Part shown: in pieces, positions 1 to 10,724 of the stretch
Numbering within the stretch: position 1 is the stretch's first letter
Layout of the letters: each line of letters begins with the position of its first letter
Virus record (IMG/VR): IMGVR_UViG_3300028584_001240
DNA: 64,000 nucleotides
Source: a virus
Lineage: Duplodnaviria; Heunggongvirae; Uroviricota; Caudoviricetes
Direction: 5' to 3' (one strand)
Notes under the pieces: model-generated
What the model was told of the DNA's origin: nothing
Databases searched by the model: none
What the model saw: only the letters and a program-made list of their open reading frames with translations
Translations under genes and position numbers: made by a program

Positions 1-282
1 ATTATCAAGTCCACGCTTACCATGATTAAGAATAACGTGTAGGCATTCATGAGCAATCACAAAGGCTTTGTTATTCATATCAAGAGCATCCCAAAAATCT
101 GGGTTAAGAATAAGGTAAAGGACATGACCACTGCGGTCAAAACCTACTGCAGCCGTTTTAATGCTGTGGGTGAACAAAGGCTTACCAATAGCCCAAAAAG
201 TTTGAAAGATGACATGATGCATAGACAAGCGGTTAGCAATGTCAATACGTTCTTCAAAAGTAAATTCTCTATCTTTTATCAC
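1..282 (-). CDS. HExxH metallopeptidase domain protein (DUF2201-N/vWA-like partner of MoxR ATPases), 3' part outside window
   Basis: Own translation of the minus strand from GTG at 282 (SD GAGGG): ...TAAVGFDRSGHVLYLILNPDFWDALDMNNKAFVIAHECLHVILNHGKRG; not in the ORF track because it is truncated. Confidence 0.8.
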   Translation of the reverse strand, partial: MIKDREFTFEERIDIANRLSMHHVIFQTFWAIGKPLFTHSIKTAAVGFDRSGHVLYLILNPDFWDALDMNNKAFVIAHECLHVILNHGKRGLDN

Positions 283-409
283 TATTAAGCCCTCTTTTCA
301 TTGATATATTATACCAAATATAACAAAAAAAGTAAAGAAAATTAGTCAAAAAACAAATGAAAAAAGCATCCTAAAACGCTTTGTTTTCAATGATTAAACT
401 GTGTAATTT

Positions 410-970
410 CTATATCCTAACCATTGATAATAGATCCAGCTTATCATTTAAATCAATGTTTTTTGTATCAATTTCTAAATTTTTTAATTCTTTATCAAGT
501 AATTTACTTACATGAATTATTAAATCAAGACGCTCACTTGAAGCTCTATCCATATAAATATTGAGTGTATGCTGAAACTTATCAAAAACTATTTTTCTAG
601 TGGTTTTATCCATGAAAATATTCATTTCTATAAGTGGACAATAGTGTCTAATTTGCTCTCTATCAAGAAAATCCATACATTTTAAACCTAATGCTATTTC
701 GTCTTTTAAAATAGCTCCATCAAATTGTAAGACATCTACAACATTATTACCGTAACTACAACTGACATTCGCTTTTAAAGTGGTATCATTTTCATCAAAA
801 GAAAACCGAATAATCAAACCATTACTCATTGACTGTGAAGCATTTATAAGTCGATAAGTGACAGAATAACAATGAGGCGACAAAATATTTTTATGTTCTT
901 TGAATTTACCTGTAATCGTGATGTTAAAGTGGTAAAAAAAGTGATTAATCAATCGTTCATAATCTGTCAT
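410..970 (-). CDS. hypothetical protein, C-terminal LxxMxxI-motif group
   Basis: 186 aa ORF ending LDLLSMVRI*. Confidence 0.75.
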   Translation of the reverse strand: MTDYERLINHFFYHFNITITGKFKEHKNILSPHCYSVTYRLINASQSMSNGLIIRFSFDENDTTLKANVSCSYGNNVVDVLQFDGAILKDEIALGLKCMDFLDREQIRHYCPLIEMNIFMDKTTRKIVFDKFQHTLNIYMDRASSERLDLIIHVSKLLDKELKNLEIDTKNIDLNDKLDLLSMVRI

Positions 971-990
971 TTTAAAAATCCCTGTATGAT

Positions 991-1014
991 AAAAAAGAGG
1001 CCGAAGCCTCTTTT
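991..1014. terminator. intrinsic terminator hairpin (cUUCGg loop on minus strand)
   Basis: aaaaaagaggccgaagcctctttt; U-tract on both strands. Confidence 0.8.
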
Positions 1015-1030
1015 AATTATTACCTGTTGA

Positions 1031-2296
1031 TTAGAAGTTACCATAAACGGCATGGAATTCATCTTCTGAAAGAATAGTCACTCCTTGTCTTTGAGCATCT
1101 TGCATTTTAGTAGTAGATGTATTCTTATCCTCTACAATCAGATAATCAGTCGTTCCACTAACTGTTTTCTGAACTTTTGCACCAATACGCTGTAACAAGC
1201 TTTCAATATCGGATCTAGTATTGCCATTTTTATAATTTCTAACAAATTTACCAGTAATCACTACGTTTTTACCATTCAAATTCATTGAGAGATTAGATGG
1301 AAGAATGTTTTTCAAGTCTTTCAAAATATCAGAAAAGTCTTTTTTGTGAGTCGTTTCCATCGTTGTCACAATTGACTCTGGAATTTTTGATGGATTAGCG
1401 ACTGCTGCATCAAGCCATTCCAAATCTTTAATTTCAAGTTTAGAAATCAAAAAGTCTTCGGGAACAAATTTAGCGTAGTTTGCAAAATCCTTAATAATGA
1501 AATCTTTAAATTTCACCACATTGCTCACGTTTTGCAAAAAATTAAGCTTTTCATTGTTGGTCATGGTCACAACATCTTTCCATTCATCATCCAATGAGAC
1601 TTTCATAATGCGATCACGCAATGATGCCAAGTTACTTTCTTTTGGCAGCACATGCTCAAGATTTCCCTTAACGTTGTAAACACACAACGCATCTTCCAAA
1701 CGACGCGGTGAAATTTTGTATTGCATTTCCTTATCAAGTGCGTTCCACCACTCTACAAAAGGCGTAGCGATGGCACCATGCTTGGCTTTCATGTAAGGAC
1801 GATCAATCTTATAAGGTACATCAATTTGAACTTGGAAACGGTCAAGCTGTGCTGGGTCAATTTGTTCAACGTCATAACCACCAGCATCTTCGGAGAATGG
1901 GTTGATAGCGGCCCAAATAACTTTGAGATTATTAAACTTACGTCCGTTAATAGATTTGAATTGAATAAGCTCCATTACAGCGTTTCGAACTTTTGCCGGT
2001 GCTCGGTTAAATTCATCGAAGAATATTGCCTGAACATCATCATCAGCAAAACGAGCTGGACGGATAAGCTCAATAACTTCCATACCATCTTTTCGCGTGA
2101 CTGCTTTTGGAACGCCCACAAAGTCAACCCATGCGTCCATTGTAGCTGCCGAAAAGTAAGCCCAATTATCTTCACCGAAGGTTTCAGAAAAGACTTCTTT
2201 AATAATGGCAGTTTTACCAACACCGTGACGGCCAGACAGCAAAACGTTGAAACCATTTGATGCATAAAGCTTCAATAAACCTGTGTCTAAAATCAT
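1031..2296 (-). CDS. MoxR/AAA_5-like AAA+ ATPase with C-terminal BRCT domain
   Basis: Walker A GRHGVGKT, Walker B IFFDEFNR, sensor AAINP, DPAQLDRF; C-terminal GKNVVITG...GAKVQKTVSGTTDYLIV...GVTILSEDEF is LigA/RFC-type BRCT. Confidence 0.85.
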   Translation of the reverse strand: MILDTGLLKLYASNGFNVLLSGRHGVGKTAIIKEVFSETFGEDNWAYFSAATMDAWVDFVGVPKAVTRKDGMEVIELIRPARFADDDVQAIFFDEFNRAPAKVRNAVMELIQFKSINGRKFNNLKVIWAAINPFSEDAGGYDVEQIDPAQLDRFQVQIDVPYKIDRPYMKAKHGAIATPFVEWWNALDKEMQYKISPRRLEDALCVYNVKGNLEHVLPKESNLASLRDRIMKVSLDDEWKDVVTMTNNEKLNFLQNVSNVVKFKDFIIKDFANYAKFVPEDFLISKLEIKDLEWLDAAVANPSKIPESIVTTMETTHKKDFSDILKDLKNILPSNLSMNLNGKNVVITGKFVRNYKNGNTRSDIESLLQRIGAKVQKTVSGTTDYLIVEDKNTSTTKMQDAQRQGVTILSEDEFHAVYGNF

Positions 2297-2422
2297 ATAA
2301 TAACCCTCGCCTCTCCGTCAATTTAGTAAGAGCATTATACCAAAAAAGCAAAAAAAAAGCAAGCTTTTTGGTAAAAGTTTGCTTGATTTTTTAACTATTT
2401 TTACTGTTTTTTCACTTGATTT

Positions 2423-2791
2423 TTAACTCGTAATTTCTTTCAAAATTGAAATATTTCTAAATTCAAATAAGAACTCTTCGCCATCACCTACATATTGACT
2501 TTCAATATCACCGTGAAAAATAGCTTCTGCAAATTTGCTATTAACCGGCATAAAAAACAGTTTTTCTGTGGGTGTTTTGAACAAAATGATGTAACCACCT
2601 GTTGAAAGTTCATCCTGTCGAACAAGATAAGCGTCCAGCGATGTTAAATGTGGTATCTTTTCTTCAAAAGCTTTGTATGTTTTTAAAAATGAGAACTCAT
2701 GTAAATCTTTTTCCATAACGTAAGGCATTTCGTAGCTTGTGTTTCGTTTGTGATATGTCATCTTTCCAAGGTAGTATGTTTTATTTTTCAT
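2423..2791 (-). CDS. hypothetical protein
   Basis: ORF; start moved to ATG 2791 with SD AGGAG. Confidence 0.65.
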   Translation of the reverse strand: MKNKTYYLGKMTYHKRNTSYEMPYVMEKDLHEFSFLKTYKAFEEKIPHLTSLDAYLVRQDELSTGGYIILFKTPTEKLFFMPVNSKFAEAIFHGDIESQYVGDGEEFLFEFRNISILKEITS

Positions 2792-2899
2792 TTTAAACTC
2801 CTTAAATAAAAATGAGGTTTTTACGCCCATTTAAGTTACATTAGTTTCCAAAAGTTAATTAATCCATTTAATTAATCTTGGTTGTAAAATATAGCATTT

Positions 2900-3088
2900 T
2901 CATATTTCGTTGTTTTGTATAGCGTTTGTCTCTTTTCGTAAAGCAAGTAACACACGTTTGAAAACATTACAAATTAAGTTTGCGATAAAGATTGTAACTT
3001 TAACTGTCAACATTAAAACAAGTGACAAGAAGAATATAAACGTAAATAATAAACTCACACCTATAAGCTTCAATTTGTATCTATTCAT
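2900..3088 (-). CDS. small membrane protein
   Basis: 62 aa with one hydrophobic helix, start overlaps upstream stop. Confidence 0.55.
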   Translation of the reverse strand: MNRYKLKLIGVSLLFTFIFFLSLVLMLTVKVTIFIANLICNVFKRVLLALRKETNAIQNNEI

Positions 3089-4080
3089 TAAAAACCCCCG
3101 ATAGATATATCTCCATTATATTCCATAACTGCAACGTTATCAATAGCAGAAATGATAGTCGGGATGTCACAAGCATAAAAACCTGAACTAGAAAAAGAGT
3201 TTAGTTCAATGATTTTCGGCTCTCCATTTACAATACCAACATCACAAGCATAAGCAATATCTGGTTGCCAGACATTCTTAGCCATTTCAACAGCCACATC
3301 ATAAGCTGCCTGTGAATAACCTTCCTTCACATTCAGTTCATCATTCAATTTATATTGTGAACCTGTAATGACTTCTCGGTTAACAATAAAGAAACGATAT
3401 TCTTCGGCAATTTTTTTACAATTAGAAACAAGCACCAACACGTCATCACCAACTTGTTTAAGCTTGCGAAGACTGTTGACTTCACTTGCAAATTCATCAC
3501 TGTGAATAGGTAATCCAGTAAAGGTCTTCAATCCGCTATTCGGACGCACGAAAATTTTATTGGTGTTAAACGTATCATAGAAAAATTCTTTACGATCAAC
3601 CAAATCTTTAAAAGTAGTAAAAACATGGTTGTAGTTCGCCATCAATTCAGGTTTATCCATGAATGGCATATAACCAAGAGATTCCATAGATTTTTCTGGA
3701 AGATATCCACCCGGTGTGAACTGATGGTGGTTCATTTGTTGTCGAACAAAACTAATACTGCCATAAATAACAACACAATCACCATTCGCATAAGGAATCG
3801 TAGAGACAGGTTCAGGAACAGGAACATACTGTTTCCCATAGATAATAACACTTTCATTTTCCACATAAGGAACCGCAACATCACCAGAAAAAGGCACGTA
3901 TTTCTTACCATGAATAAAGACAGTATCAGCCGTTGCATACGGAACAGTGGGAGAGGCGTCAGAGAACGGAACATATTTCTCAACATGGTACTCAAAGCCC
4001 ATTTTAGCTAAAACAAGACGAATATCCCCATGATAGGATGTCTTAATCATATAGTCATCGAGTAACCACTTACTTTTCAT
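3088..4080 (-). CDS. ATP-grasp domain protein (R2K-like)
   Basis: IFVRPNSGLKTFTG, EEYRFFIV, YACDVG, IIELNSFSSSGFY. Confidence 0.75.
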   Translation of the reverse strand: MKSKWLLDDYMIKTSYHGDIRLVLAKMGFEYHVEKYVPFSDASPTVPYATADTVFIHGKKYVPFSGDVAVPYVENESVIIYGKQYVPVPEPVSTIPYANGDCVVIYGSISFVRQQMNHHQFTPGGYLPEKSMESLGYMPFMDKPELMANYNHVFTTFKDLVDRKEFFYDTFNTNKIFVRPNSGLKTFTGLPIHSDEFASEVNSLRKLKQVGDDVLVLVSNCKKIAEEYRFFIVNREVITGSQYKLNDELNVKEGYSQAAYDVAVEMAKNVWQPDIAYACDVGIVNGEPKIIELNSFSSSGFYACDIPTIISAIDNVAVMEYNGDISIGGF

Positions 4081-4098
4081 TTTTGTTCCCCTTAGTAT

Positions 4099-4251
4099 TT
4101 AGAATGCTTGATAGGTTTCAATATTACTAAACGCCTTAGTATTGAATACTTTGCTCATGTAGTTAGTATGCCCAACAATCATATAGAAAATCGAAAAAAT
4201 GAGAATACATTTAATAACTTTGATTTTGCCATCTTTATTGTTATTGTTCAC
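4099..4251 (-). CDS. possible small membrane protein (50 aa)
   Basis: Own translation from GTG: NNNNKDGKIKVIKCILIFSIFYMIVGH...; lies behind a promoter-like TTGCTT..TATACT. Confidence 0.35.
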   Translation of the reverse strand: MNNNNKDGKIKVIKCILIFSIFYMIVGHTNYMSKVFNTKAFSNIETYQAF

Positions 4252-4361
4252 ATTGAAAACCTTTTATGAAATATAGGCTTCAAGTATAACAGAAAAAAAA
4301 ATAATAAGCAATGAAACACCATCAAAATAAGATAAGAGGTGTTTCGGTTAGGTGACGGATA

Positions 4362-4841
4362 TTAGCTAACTTTAATAGTAATCGTTCGCAATATAGATAA
4401 GTTATTGGTGTTCGTTTTTAAAATATTAAGTTGCTCTGGTGACAATGATTCTTGATGCTTCTCAAAAACTCCTAGTAACATATTTGTTTCAACATATTCA
4501 CCAGCAGAGCTGTTATAAAATCCAAATGTTAAACCCAGTCCTACTAAAAGACATCCCACAACATAGAAGACACAACCGAAGGAGCTTAATCCAAGTTCTC
4601 TCTTGTTCAAATAACTAATGACCATCAAGGTCATAAAGGAAATGACTAAAAAAGCTTGTGGTATGTAGAAGCTGAAAGGATTAACCAAAACAAACCAAAA
4701 TGCAATAGCAATGACTGATGTTGTTGTTACAGTAAATAACCTATTATTACGAATGTCAGCAGGCTCTAATCGGTTCATAGAGGCTTCTCTCTTATCGTGT
4801 ATTCTACTATGTTCTGTGTGTAAATTAAATTGATTATTCAT
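4362..4841 (-). CDS. membrane protein (about 3 TM helices)
   Basis: Hydrophobic segments; ATG 4841 with SD GAGG. Confidence 0.7.
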   Translation of the reverse strand: MNNQFNLHTEHSRIHDKREASMNRLEPADIRNNRLFTVTTTSVIAIAFWFVLVNPFSFYIPQAFLVISFMTLMVISYLNKRELGLSSFGCVFYVVGCLLVGLGLTFGFYNSSAGEYVETNMLLGVFEKHQESLSPEQLNILKTNTNNLSILRTITIKVS

Positions 4842-4988
4842 AAAGCTGTCCTCATAAAGTAATGCATGCATTAGAAATACTTATGATAGAGGCTAAACTT
4901 AATAAAGCAAGACTACAATAATAATAAAGTCAAAATACTGACAAATAGATGTAAAACAAGTCAAAAAAAAATACTTTTTGTAACGATT

Positions 4989-5828
4989 TTACTGTATTTT
5001 AATCATTTCTTGAATCAAAAGAAAATCTTTCAACTCTGACGCTGATGATATTGGTAATTTTTTTATTTTTAATAAACTAAATATAATATCTAGAATATCT
5101 TGATTAGACGTTTCTAAAAATTCATTAATCGTTAATGATAGAGTCTGACCGGCCAATACTATAATCACATGTTCTTCATAAATCCTGATGTCCAAAAAGT
5201 AATAAGTCCTTTCATCATCAACTTCACCATAAAAATTAACTAATTTGCTTCTTACCATAATAGTTCTTTCATTAAATTCAAAAGTAAATACTGATAGATC
5301 TATTGTATCTGAAATAGGTGACATTCCACGATTTCTAATCAAATTATAAACGCTTTGATTGTATTCTAACAATTCGTCTATTTTTTTTAATTTTATAAAA
5401 ATGTTATTATCAATAAGACATGAAAGTTGACAGTCTTCATTCAAATAATAAGATTTCATATTATTAAGATCATGTAAATTGATTTCTAAATAAAATCTTT
5501 TATTCGTTGCACGAAAAGGAAATATAACGTGATCTGACCATAACGTTAAGATGATGCTGTTTTTTGAAGTAAGTTTTAAACTTATAACTATTTCAATATC
5601 ATCTTTTTGATAAAAATTTATATCTTTCTTCAGTGTTTCAAGAATATCATAAAGAGCTGTAATAGTGATTTCTGAAAAATCCAGTCGGGTGTTAACTTTT
5701 CTAAATTCTTTAAGAACTTCATCAAATACAGGCTGGCATAAATCATATAGAGTTGTTGTCTTTCTATATTGAATAATGCCGAACATTGTGTCATTAAAAG
5801 CTAAATTGTCATTATACTTATCGACCAT
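4989..5828 (-). CDS. hypothetical protein, C-terminal motif group
   Basis: 279 aa ending FLLIQEMIKIQ*. Confidence 0.75.
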   Translation of the reverse strand: MVDKYNDNLAFNDTMFGIIQYRKTTTLYDLCQPVFDEVLKEFRKVNTRLDFSEITITALYDILETLKKDINFYQKDDIEIVISLKLTSKNSIILTLWSDHVIFPFRATNKRFYLEINLHDLNNMKSYYLNEDCQLSCLIDNNIFIKLKKIDELLEYNQSVYNLIRNRGMSPISDTIDLSVFTFEFNERTIMVRSKLVNFYGEVDDERTYYFLDIRIYEEHVIIVLAGQTLSLTINEFLETSNQDILDIIFSLLKIKKLPISSASELKDFLLIQEMIKIQ

Positions 5829-6702
5829 TGTTTGAACTCCTATTCATGAAGAATATTTTTTGAAACATTATGACGATGAAGTTGAGAATGCTATCTTCAA
5901 ATGGTCGATAGATGACACGACCTTTATCGGTGGTCTTCTTATCTATCTTTACCGCCATGTCACGAACATAGACATTACCAGAGTCGTTAACACGAACTGT
6001 TAACGATTCAATGGGATTACAATAAATATCACCTGTACCATTTTGCTCAACATGTACAACTTTTGCTTTCAATTGTTGAGCATAAACATCACCATTCGAT
6101 TTAGAGTTAATGTTAAATTGATCAGCTTTACCGGCTAAGTAAACATTTTCAATACTCGTACTAATCATCGAAAAGGTTCCTGAATTGATACCTTCAATGT
6201 CTACTTGCCCACGACCTTTATTATGAAATGAAACCACTTTATTAGTTCTGATAGTGATTTCACAGTCATAGCCTGAGTGACTACTGATCTGTGGATGGGT
6301 AATTGTCAATACGTCATTAACCTTACTTAACTGAATAAGCTCCACAAACGATTCGTCACCTTTAACTTCAATTGTTGGAACCTTAGTAAAATTATCAATA
6401 ATCACTTTAATATCAAAAATTCCATTATAACGAATCGAATCCAAAGGTTTTTTATTCGCATACCGAGGGTATTCAAAATGCTTAGTGATATTAATCCCAG
6501 AAGCTTTTACCATCTTTGAAATAAAGATAACTCCACTATCCTTGGAACCTGCAGTCACATGGTTATTGTGATACTTTTTCTTATGAACTTTAATAAGTTT
6601 CTTTTTCTTGTTTAATAATCGGTCTTTAAGGACTAAGAATATAAGTCCAGCAAATACCAAAAAGAATACAGCCCAAAATAAATGATGGGTAAAAATTTCC
6701 AT
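5818..6702 (-). CDS. membrane-anchored GIN/DUF2807-like beta-helix protein
   Basis: N-terminal TM helix; IEVKGDESFVELI...NDVLTI and repeated xxxxGxGxV turns. Confidence 0.65.
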   Translation of the reverse strand: MEIFTHHLFWAVFFLVFAGLIFLVLKDRLLNKKKKLIKVHKKKYHNNHVTAGSKDSGVIFISKMVKASGINITKHFEYPRYANKKPLDSIRYNGIFDIKVIIDNFTKVPTIEVKGDESFVELIQLSKVNDVLTITHPQISSHSGYDCEITIRTNKVVSFHNKGRGQVDIEGINSGTFSMISTSIENVYLAGKADQFNINSKSNGDVYAQQLKAKVVHVEQNGTGDIYCNPIESLTVRVNDSGNVYVRDMAVKIDKKTTDKGRVIYRPFEDSILNFIVIMFQKIFFMNRSSNNGR

Positions 6703-6719
6703 GTATGTATAATCCTTAA

Positions 6720-7307
6720 TTAAATAGTTTTCATCTCATTTAAAGCAACGTGTTTATCAAAATTATCAATCAAATCTTGAACGCTTTCAGCCGTGCTCGA
6801 TACTTCATCAGCAAAGACTTTAAAACAGAAGAGTTCAAACAACACTTGATCATTACTAATGATGTCTCTAACTTTGTAAACTTTCTTTGTCATGTCTTTG
6901 TAAGCCATCAAAAAGCTGATAACACTATGATCATTTTCAATAAATTCTAAAAGTGTACTGACACGAGTAACGAAAGCAAGTCGTTTTCTGAGATAAAAGA
7001 CAGCGGCTCGTTCTTGAGCGGTGTTAAATTTTTCATCAAAAATAGAATGAAACCAAGTTTTTTCCAAGTCTTTATAGTTGATAATAATCTTAGGTTGTTT
7101 CGTAGGAAGATCAAACGAGAATTTAGCTTCAATAAAATTTTTTGAACCATCTTTATTATTTACAACAAAATTCAAAGTGTTTGTGTTTTCACGAAAAAAT
7201 ACTTTAACTGCTTCAAGTTTTAATGTTTGATTGACATTATCAATAACGTTACGAAACTGCTCAATCGTATACATGGGAGTTTCTTTATAGCCTTCAATTT
7301 CAATCAT
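6720..7307 (-). CDS. hypothetical protein, C-terminal motif group
   Basis: ATG 7307 with SD AGGAG; ends HVALNEMKTI*. Confidence 0.75.
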   Translation of the reverse strand: MIEIEGYKETPMYTIEQFRNVIDNVNQTLKLEAVKVFFRENTNTLNFVVNNKDGSKNFIEAKFSFDLPTKQPKIIINYKDLEKTWFHSIFDEKFNTAQERAAVFYLRKRLAFVTRVSTLLEFIENDHSVISFLMAYKDMTKKVYKVRDIISNDQVLFELFCFKVFADEVSSTAESVQDLIDNFDKHVALNEMKTI

Positions 7308-7588
7308 AAACGATGCTCCTATTAAATTATCCTTAATGATAACATAATTTAAAAATAAAAGCAAAAGTAATGTGAACTATACTAACACGGATTTTTGTAC
7401 GATTTCCAAAATCTATAGCGAATCTCTTACAAAATAATAGGATTTAATGAAGTTTACTTAAGAATAGATAAACGGTATGCTGTAATTGTGTTAAGTTAGT
7501 CTTTAAGTTAACATATTTTTGTATCCTTAAACCTCTAAAAAGACCATCGAAAGATGGTCTTTTACGTACTTCTCGATAAAGTAAATAA

Positions 7589-8344
7589 TCAAACAGTTAA
7601 CTTAGACTTTCGTTTTTCAACAAACAAATGTTCAATCGTTGTCAACGGAACTATTTCTGATTTTTCAATTTTTTGTCCGATATAAATAGCTTGGTAATCA
7701 CCCAGTATGGCATTTTCAGCTTTAATAGTAATTTTATTAAGCTTAAAATCATGTTCAAGCAAGAGGTCAAAAACCACCTTGTTAGAAAGCCACTCTTTTA
7801 TTTGTTTTTCATCAGCAAAAGCGAACATCCATTTTCTTTTGTATTCATTATCTAGAAATGGGCCTCTGTGAGCAAAGATTTCCATAAATTTAGGATCTTT
7901 CTCTGGTCCGGGGTGATTGTAGTCTTCCGCATTTAAAAGAATGTTGTAACCTATTCCATCATAAAGACCTTTATGGTTAGATGTCTCAATTCGATATAGG
8001 GATACTAACTCATCATTAGTAATAATATTCTGATCAATAAGTTTATCATAAAGAATATTTAAGTTAAGATTGGAAAGGTACTGACAATAGTCACTGTCAG
8101 GGTTGTCATCTTCATAGTAGTGGTCAAATTCAATATCTATATCACCTTTTACGAACAAAGGACCATTCGCAATATTTAACGATTCATACATGGTTTCTAA
8201 CTTGGAATTAATATACATCAAACCCAGTGTTTCACTATTTTTAGTTGAGTTTAAAAGAATTTTAAATTGAAGAAAAGGCCACTCACTTACGGCTTCATCT
8301 GGATTGTTGTCTTTGAAGTGTTGTACGAATTCATTACGTGTCAT
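7589..8344 (-). CDS. hypothetical phage-type protein (YRIE..G.Y..HP.P..D..F.F motif), basic C-terminal tail
   Basis: 251 aa; ends EKRKSKLTV*. Confidence 0.65.
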   Translation of the reverse strand: MTRNEFVQHFKDNNPDEAVSEWPFLQFKILLNSTKNSETLGLMYINSKLETMYESLNIANGPLFVKGDIDIEFDHYYEDDNPDSDYCQYLSNLNLNILYDKLIDQNIITNDELVSLYRIETSNHKGLYDGIGYNILLNAEDYNHPGPEKDPKFMEIFAHRGPFLDNEYKRKWMFAFADEKQIKEWLSNKVVFDLLLEHDFKLNKITIKAENAILGDYQAIYIGQKIEKSEIVPLTTIEHLFVEKRKSKLTV

Positions 8345-8445
8345 AGCATTACTGTTCGTTGTTATATTTTAATATTATAACATGACTAAAAAAAAAATAA
8401 AAAAAAGAGCACCGAAATGCTATTTTTTTTAAAGTTACTTTTATT

Positions 8446-9027
8446 TCAAACTGGTTTGCCAGAAGTTTTTATAGTTTCTGCTTTAACAACTTTTTCAGCT
8501 TTTCCTTTTGCTTCTTTCTTTGAAACCGTTTCAGTCGTGCCAGCTTTTCGGAAGTCGGTAGCAGCATTAATCAAATTTGTCATGTTAGCAATTGAAAATC
8601 TACCCGGTTCTTTTGCAATAGCTTTTTGTTCAGTAACTTCTACTTTCTTTTCTATGGGATATGTCTTGGTACACTTTGAATAAAGTTCATCAGCAATACT
8701 CCAACCAACAGCTTCAATAATTACAATAGAGATAGTAGGTGCAACAGCTTGCCCCAAGAATGGAATAAATTTAGAGACTTCTTTTGTGATGACTTTGATA
8801 GGCTGTTTCAACATTGCATTTTTAAAGGATGCTATAGCGACAGCTTTCGCAGCTTCTTCTGTAAGATTTCCACCAAAAACAGCACAAAGACTCATCGTCA
8901 TTGCAGTAATAGTCACAAGATCAGTGGCTACACCTAATCCCGGCACTGGAACAGCGTTTCCTGCTCCTGCTGCTATGGCGTGTGAATGAATAATATAATG
9001 ACACTTTTTCTTTTGTTCTTCGTTCAT
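8446..9027 (-). CDS. DUF697/YcjF-like protein
   Basis: IIHSHAIAAGAGNAVPVPG...KFIPFLGQAV pattern. Confidence 0.6.
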   Translation of the reverse strand: MNEEQKKKCHYIIHSHAIAAGAGNAVPVPGLGVATDLVTITAMTMSLCAVFGGNLTEEAAKAVAIASFKNAMLKQPIKVITKEVSKFIPFLGQAVAPTISIVIIEAVGWSIADELYSKCTKTYPIEKKVEVTEQKAIAKEPGRFSIANMTNLINAATDFRKAGTTETVSKKEAKGKAEKVVKAETIKTSGKPV

Positions 9028-9232
9028 TTTTAAGCTCCAATAAATTTATTAAAATAATAGCATGATAGTTAGATATGTCAAAAATAATAGATGATATTTT
9101 TAACAAAAAAAATATATATATCTATGAGCATACAATAACAGAGATGAATTTAAAAGTCTACCTTTAAAGCAAAAAAGAGTTGAAGTTAAATTTTATTTTT
9201 GCTATTATATTAGATACATTTGGAGAAATATA

Positions 9233-10681
9233 ATGAAAAAAGTAAGAACTCGCGTAGCACCATCACCTACGGGCGATCCACATGTGGGTACCGCCTATAT
9301 TGCCTTGTTTAACTATTGCTTTGCTAAGAAGCATGGTGGTGAGTTCATTCTTCGTATTGAAGACACTGATCAAGTGCGTTCTACCAAAGAATCCGAAGAA
9401 TCTATTTTAAATTCACTTAAATGGTTGGGACTGTCTTGGGATGAAGAACCTTGTCGTCAAAGTGACCGTAAAGCCATTTATCAAGAACATGCTCAAATCC
9501 TTGTAGACAAAGGACATGCTTTCCCATGCTTCTGTGATAGCCATCGCCTTGATAAAATGCGTGAAGATCAAATAGCGGCTGGATTGTCTCCTAAGTATGA
9601 TGGTCACTGCCTTACATTAACATCAGAAGATGTCACTAGTAAGCTAAATGCGGGTGTTTCTCATGTTATCCGTATGAAAGTTCCAACAGAAGGTGTCTGC
9701 ACTGTAAATGATATGTTACGTGGGGCTGTAACCTATGATTGGAAGCAAGTGGATATGCAAGTGCTCATGAAGCAAGATGGTTTACCTACTTATTTCTTGG
9801 CTAACGTTGTGGATGACCACTTGATGGACATTACCCATGTGCTGAAAGGCGAAGAGTGGTTACCGTCTGCACCTAAGATTGTTTTACTGTATCAATACTT
9901 TGGCTGGGAAATGCCTGAGCATTGTCATATGCCTCTGTTGCGTAATATGGACAGAAGTAAATTATCCAAGCGTAAAAATCCTACGTCCATCACCTTTTAT
10001 AAGGACATGGGTTACCTACCAGAAGCTTTATTGAACTATTTGGGTCGTATGGGTTGGTCGATGCCGGATGAAAGAGAAAAGTTTACCTTGCAAGACATGG
10101 TAGATAACTTTGATATACAGCGTGTATCATTGGGTGGCCCTGTTTTCGACGTTAATAAGCTTTCTTGGCTCAATGGTCTATGGTTAAGAGAACTCACGCC
10201 AGATACCTTTAAAGAGAAGCTGTCACAATGGGCATTCAGCACCAATAAGTTTGATAAACTGGTGCCAATGATCCAAAGTCGCGTAGAAAATTTCAGTCAG
10301 GTGAATGATTTGGTGGCCTTCATGTATAGTGGTGATTTGAAATATGATACTTCATTACTAACGCATAAGAAATTAACAGATGCAGAAGTAAAAGATGCCA
10401 TTCAAGTCATGTTATGGGATCTTGAAGCATTGAAGAAATGGAATGAAGTTCAAATATTGGATACATTAAAAGCGTCAGCCGCTAAAATGAATCTAAAATT
10501 GAAAGATATCATGCCATTGGTGTTTGTGATTATTACTGGTTCACTAAATTCTATTTCAGTAATTGATGCAATGAGCTTATTGGGGCCAGACATGACACGT
10601 TATCGTTTCAGATCGGTTCTGAATAAGTTGGGTGGTTTTACTGAACAAGAATTAGATGCATTAATTACTAAATATAAATAA
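9233..10681 (+). CDS. gltX: glutamate--tRNA ligase
   Basis: [16 protein letters not shown] (HIGH), LRIEDTD, KLSKR (KMSKS), full-length anticodon-binding region; resembles gammaproteobacterial GluRS. Confidence 0.97.
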   Translation: MKKVRTRVAPSPTGDPHVGTAYIALFNYCFAKKHGGEFILRIEDTDQVRSTKESEESILNSLKWLGLSWDEEPCRQSDRKAIYQEHAQILVDKGHAFPCFCDSHRLDKMREDQIAAGLSPKYDGHCLTLTSEDVTSKLNAGVSHVIRMKVPTEGVCTVNDMLRGAVTYDWKQVDMQVLMKQDGLPTYFLANVVDDHLMDITHVLKGEEWLPSAPKIVLLYQYFGWEMPEHCHMPLLRNMDRSKLSKRKNPTSITFYKDMGYLPEALLNYLGRMGWSMPDEREKFTLQDMVDNFDIQRVSLGGPVFDVNKLSWLNGLWLRELTPDTFKEKLSQWAFSTNKFDKLVPMIQSRVENFSQVNDLVAFMYSGDLKYDTSLLTHKKLTDAEVKDAIQVMLWDLEALKKWNEVQILDTLKASAAKMNLKLKDIMPLVFVIITGSLNSISVIDAMSLLGPDMTRYRFRSVLNKLGGFTEQELDALITKYK

Positions 10682-10686
10682 GCAGT

Positions 10687-10721
10687 AAAAAGAAAAGCCA
10701 CTCGAGTGGCTTTATCTTTTT
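10687..10721. terminator. bidirectional terminator between convergent genes
   Basis: aaaagccactcgagtggcttt. Confidence 0.75.
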
Positions 10722-10724
10722 ATT

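Noticed and set aside
49-288. Plus-strand 79-aa ORF from the track
   Set aside because: Shadow of the minus-strand HExxH peptidase gene
9100-9232. Cognate-codon leader peptides before gltX (and before cysS at 29904-29990)
   Set aside because: Promoter-like elements lie directly ahead of the SD, with no uORF carrying tandem Glu or Cys codons
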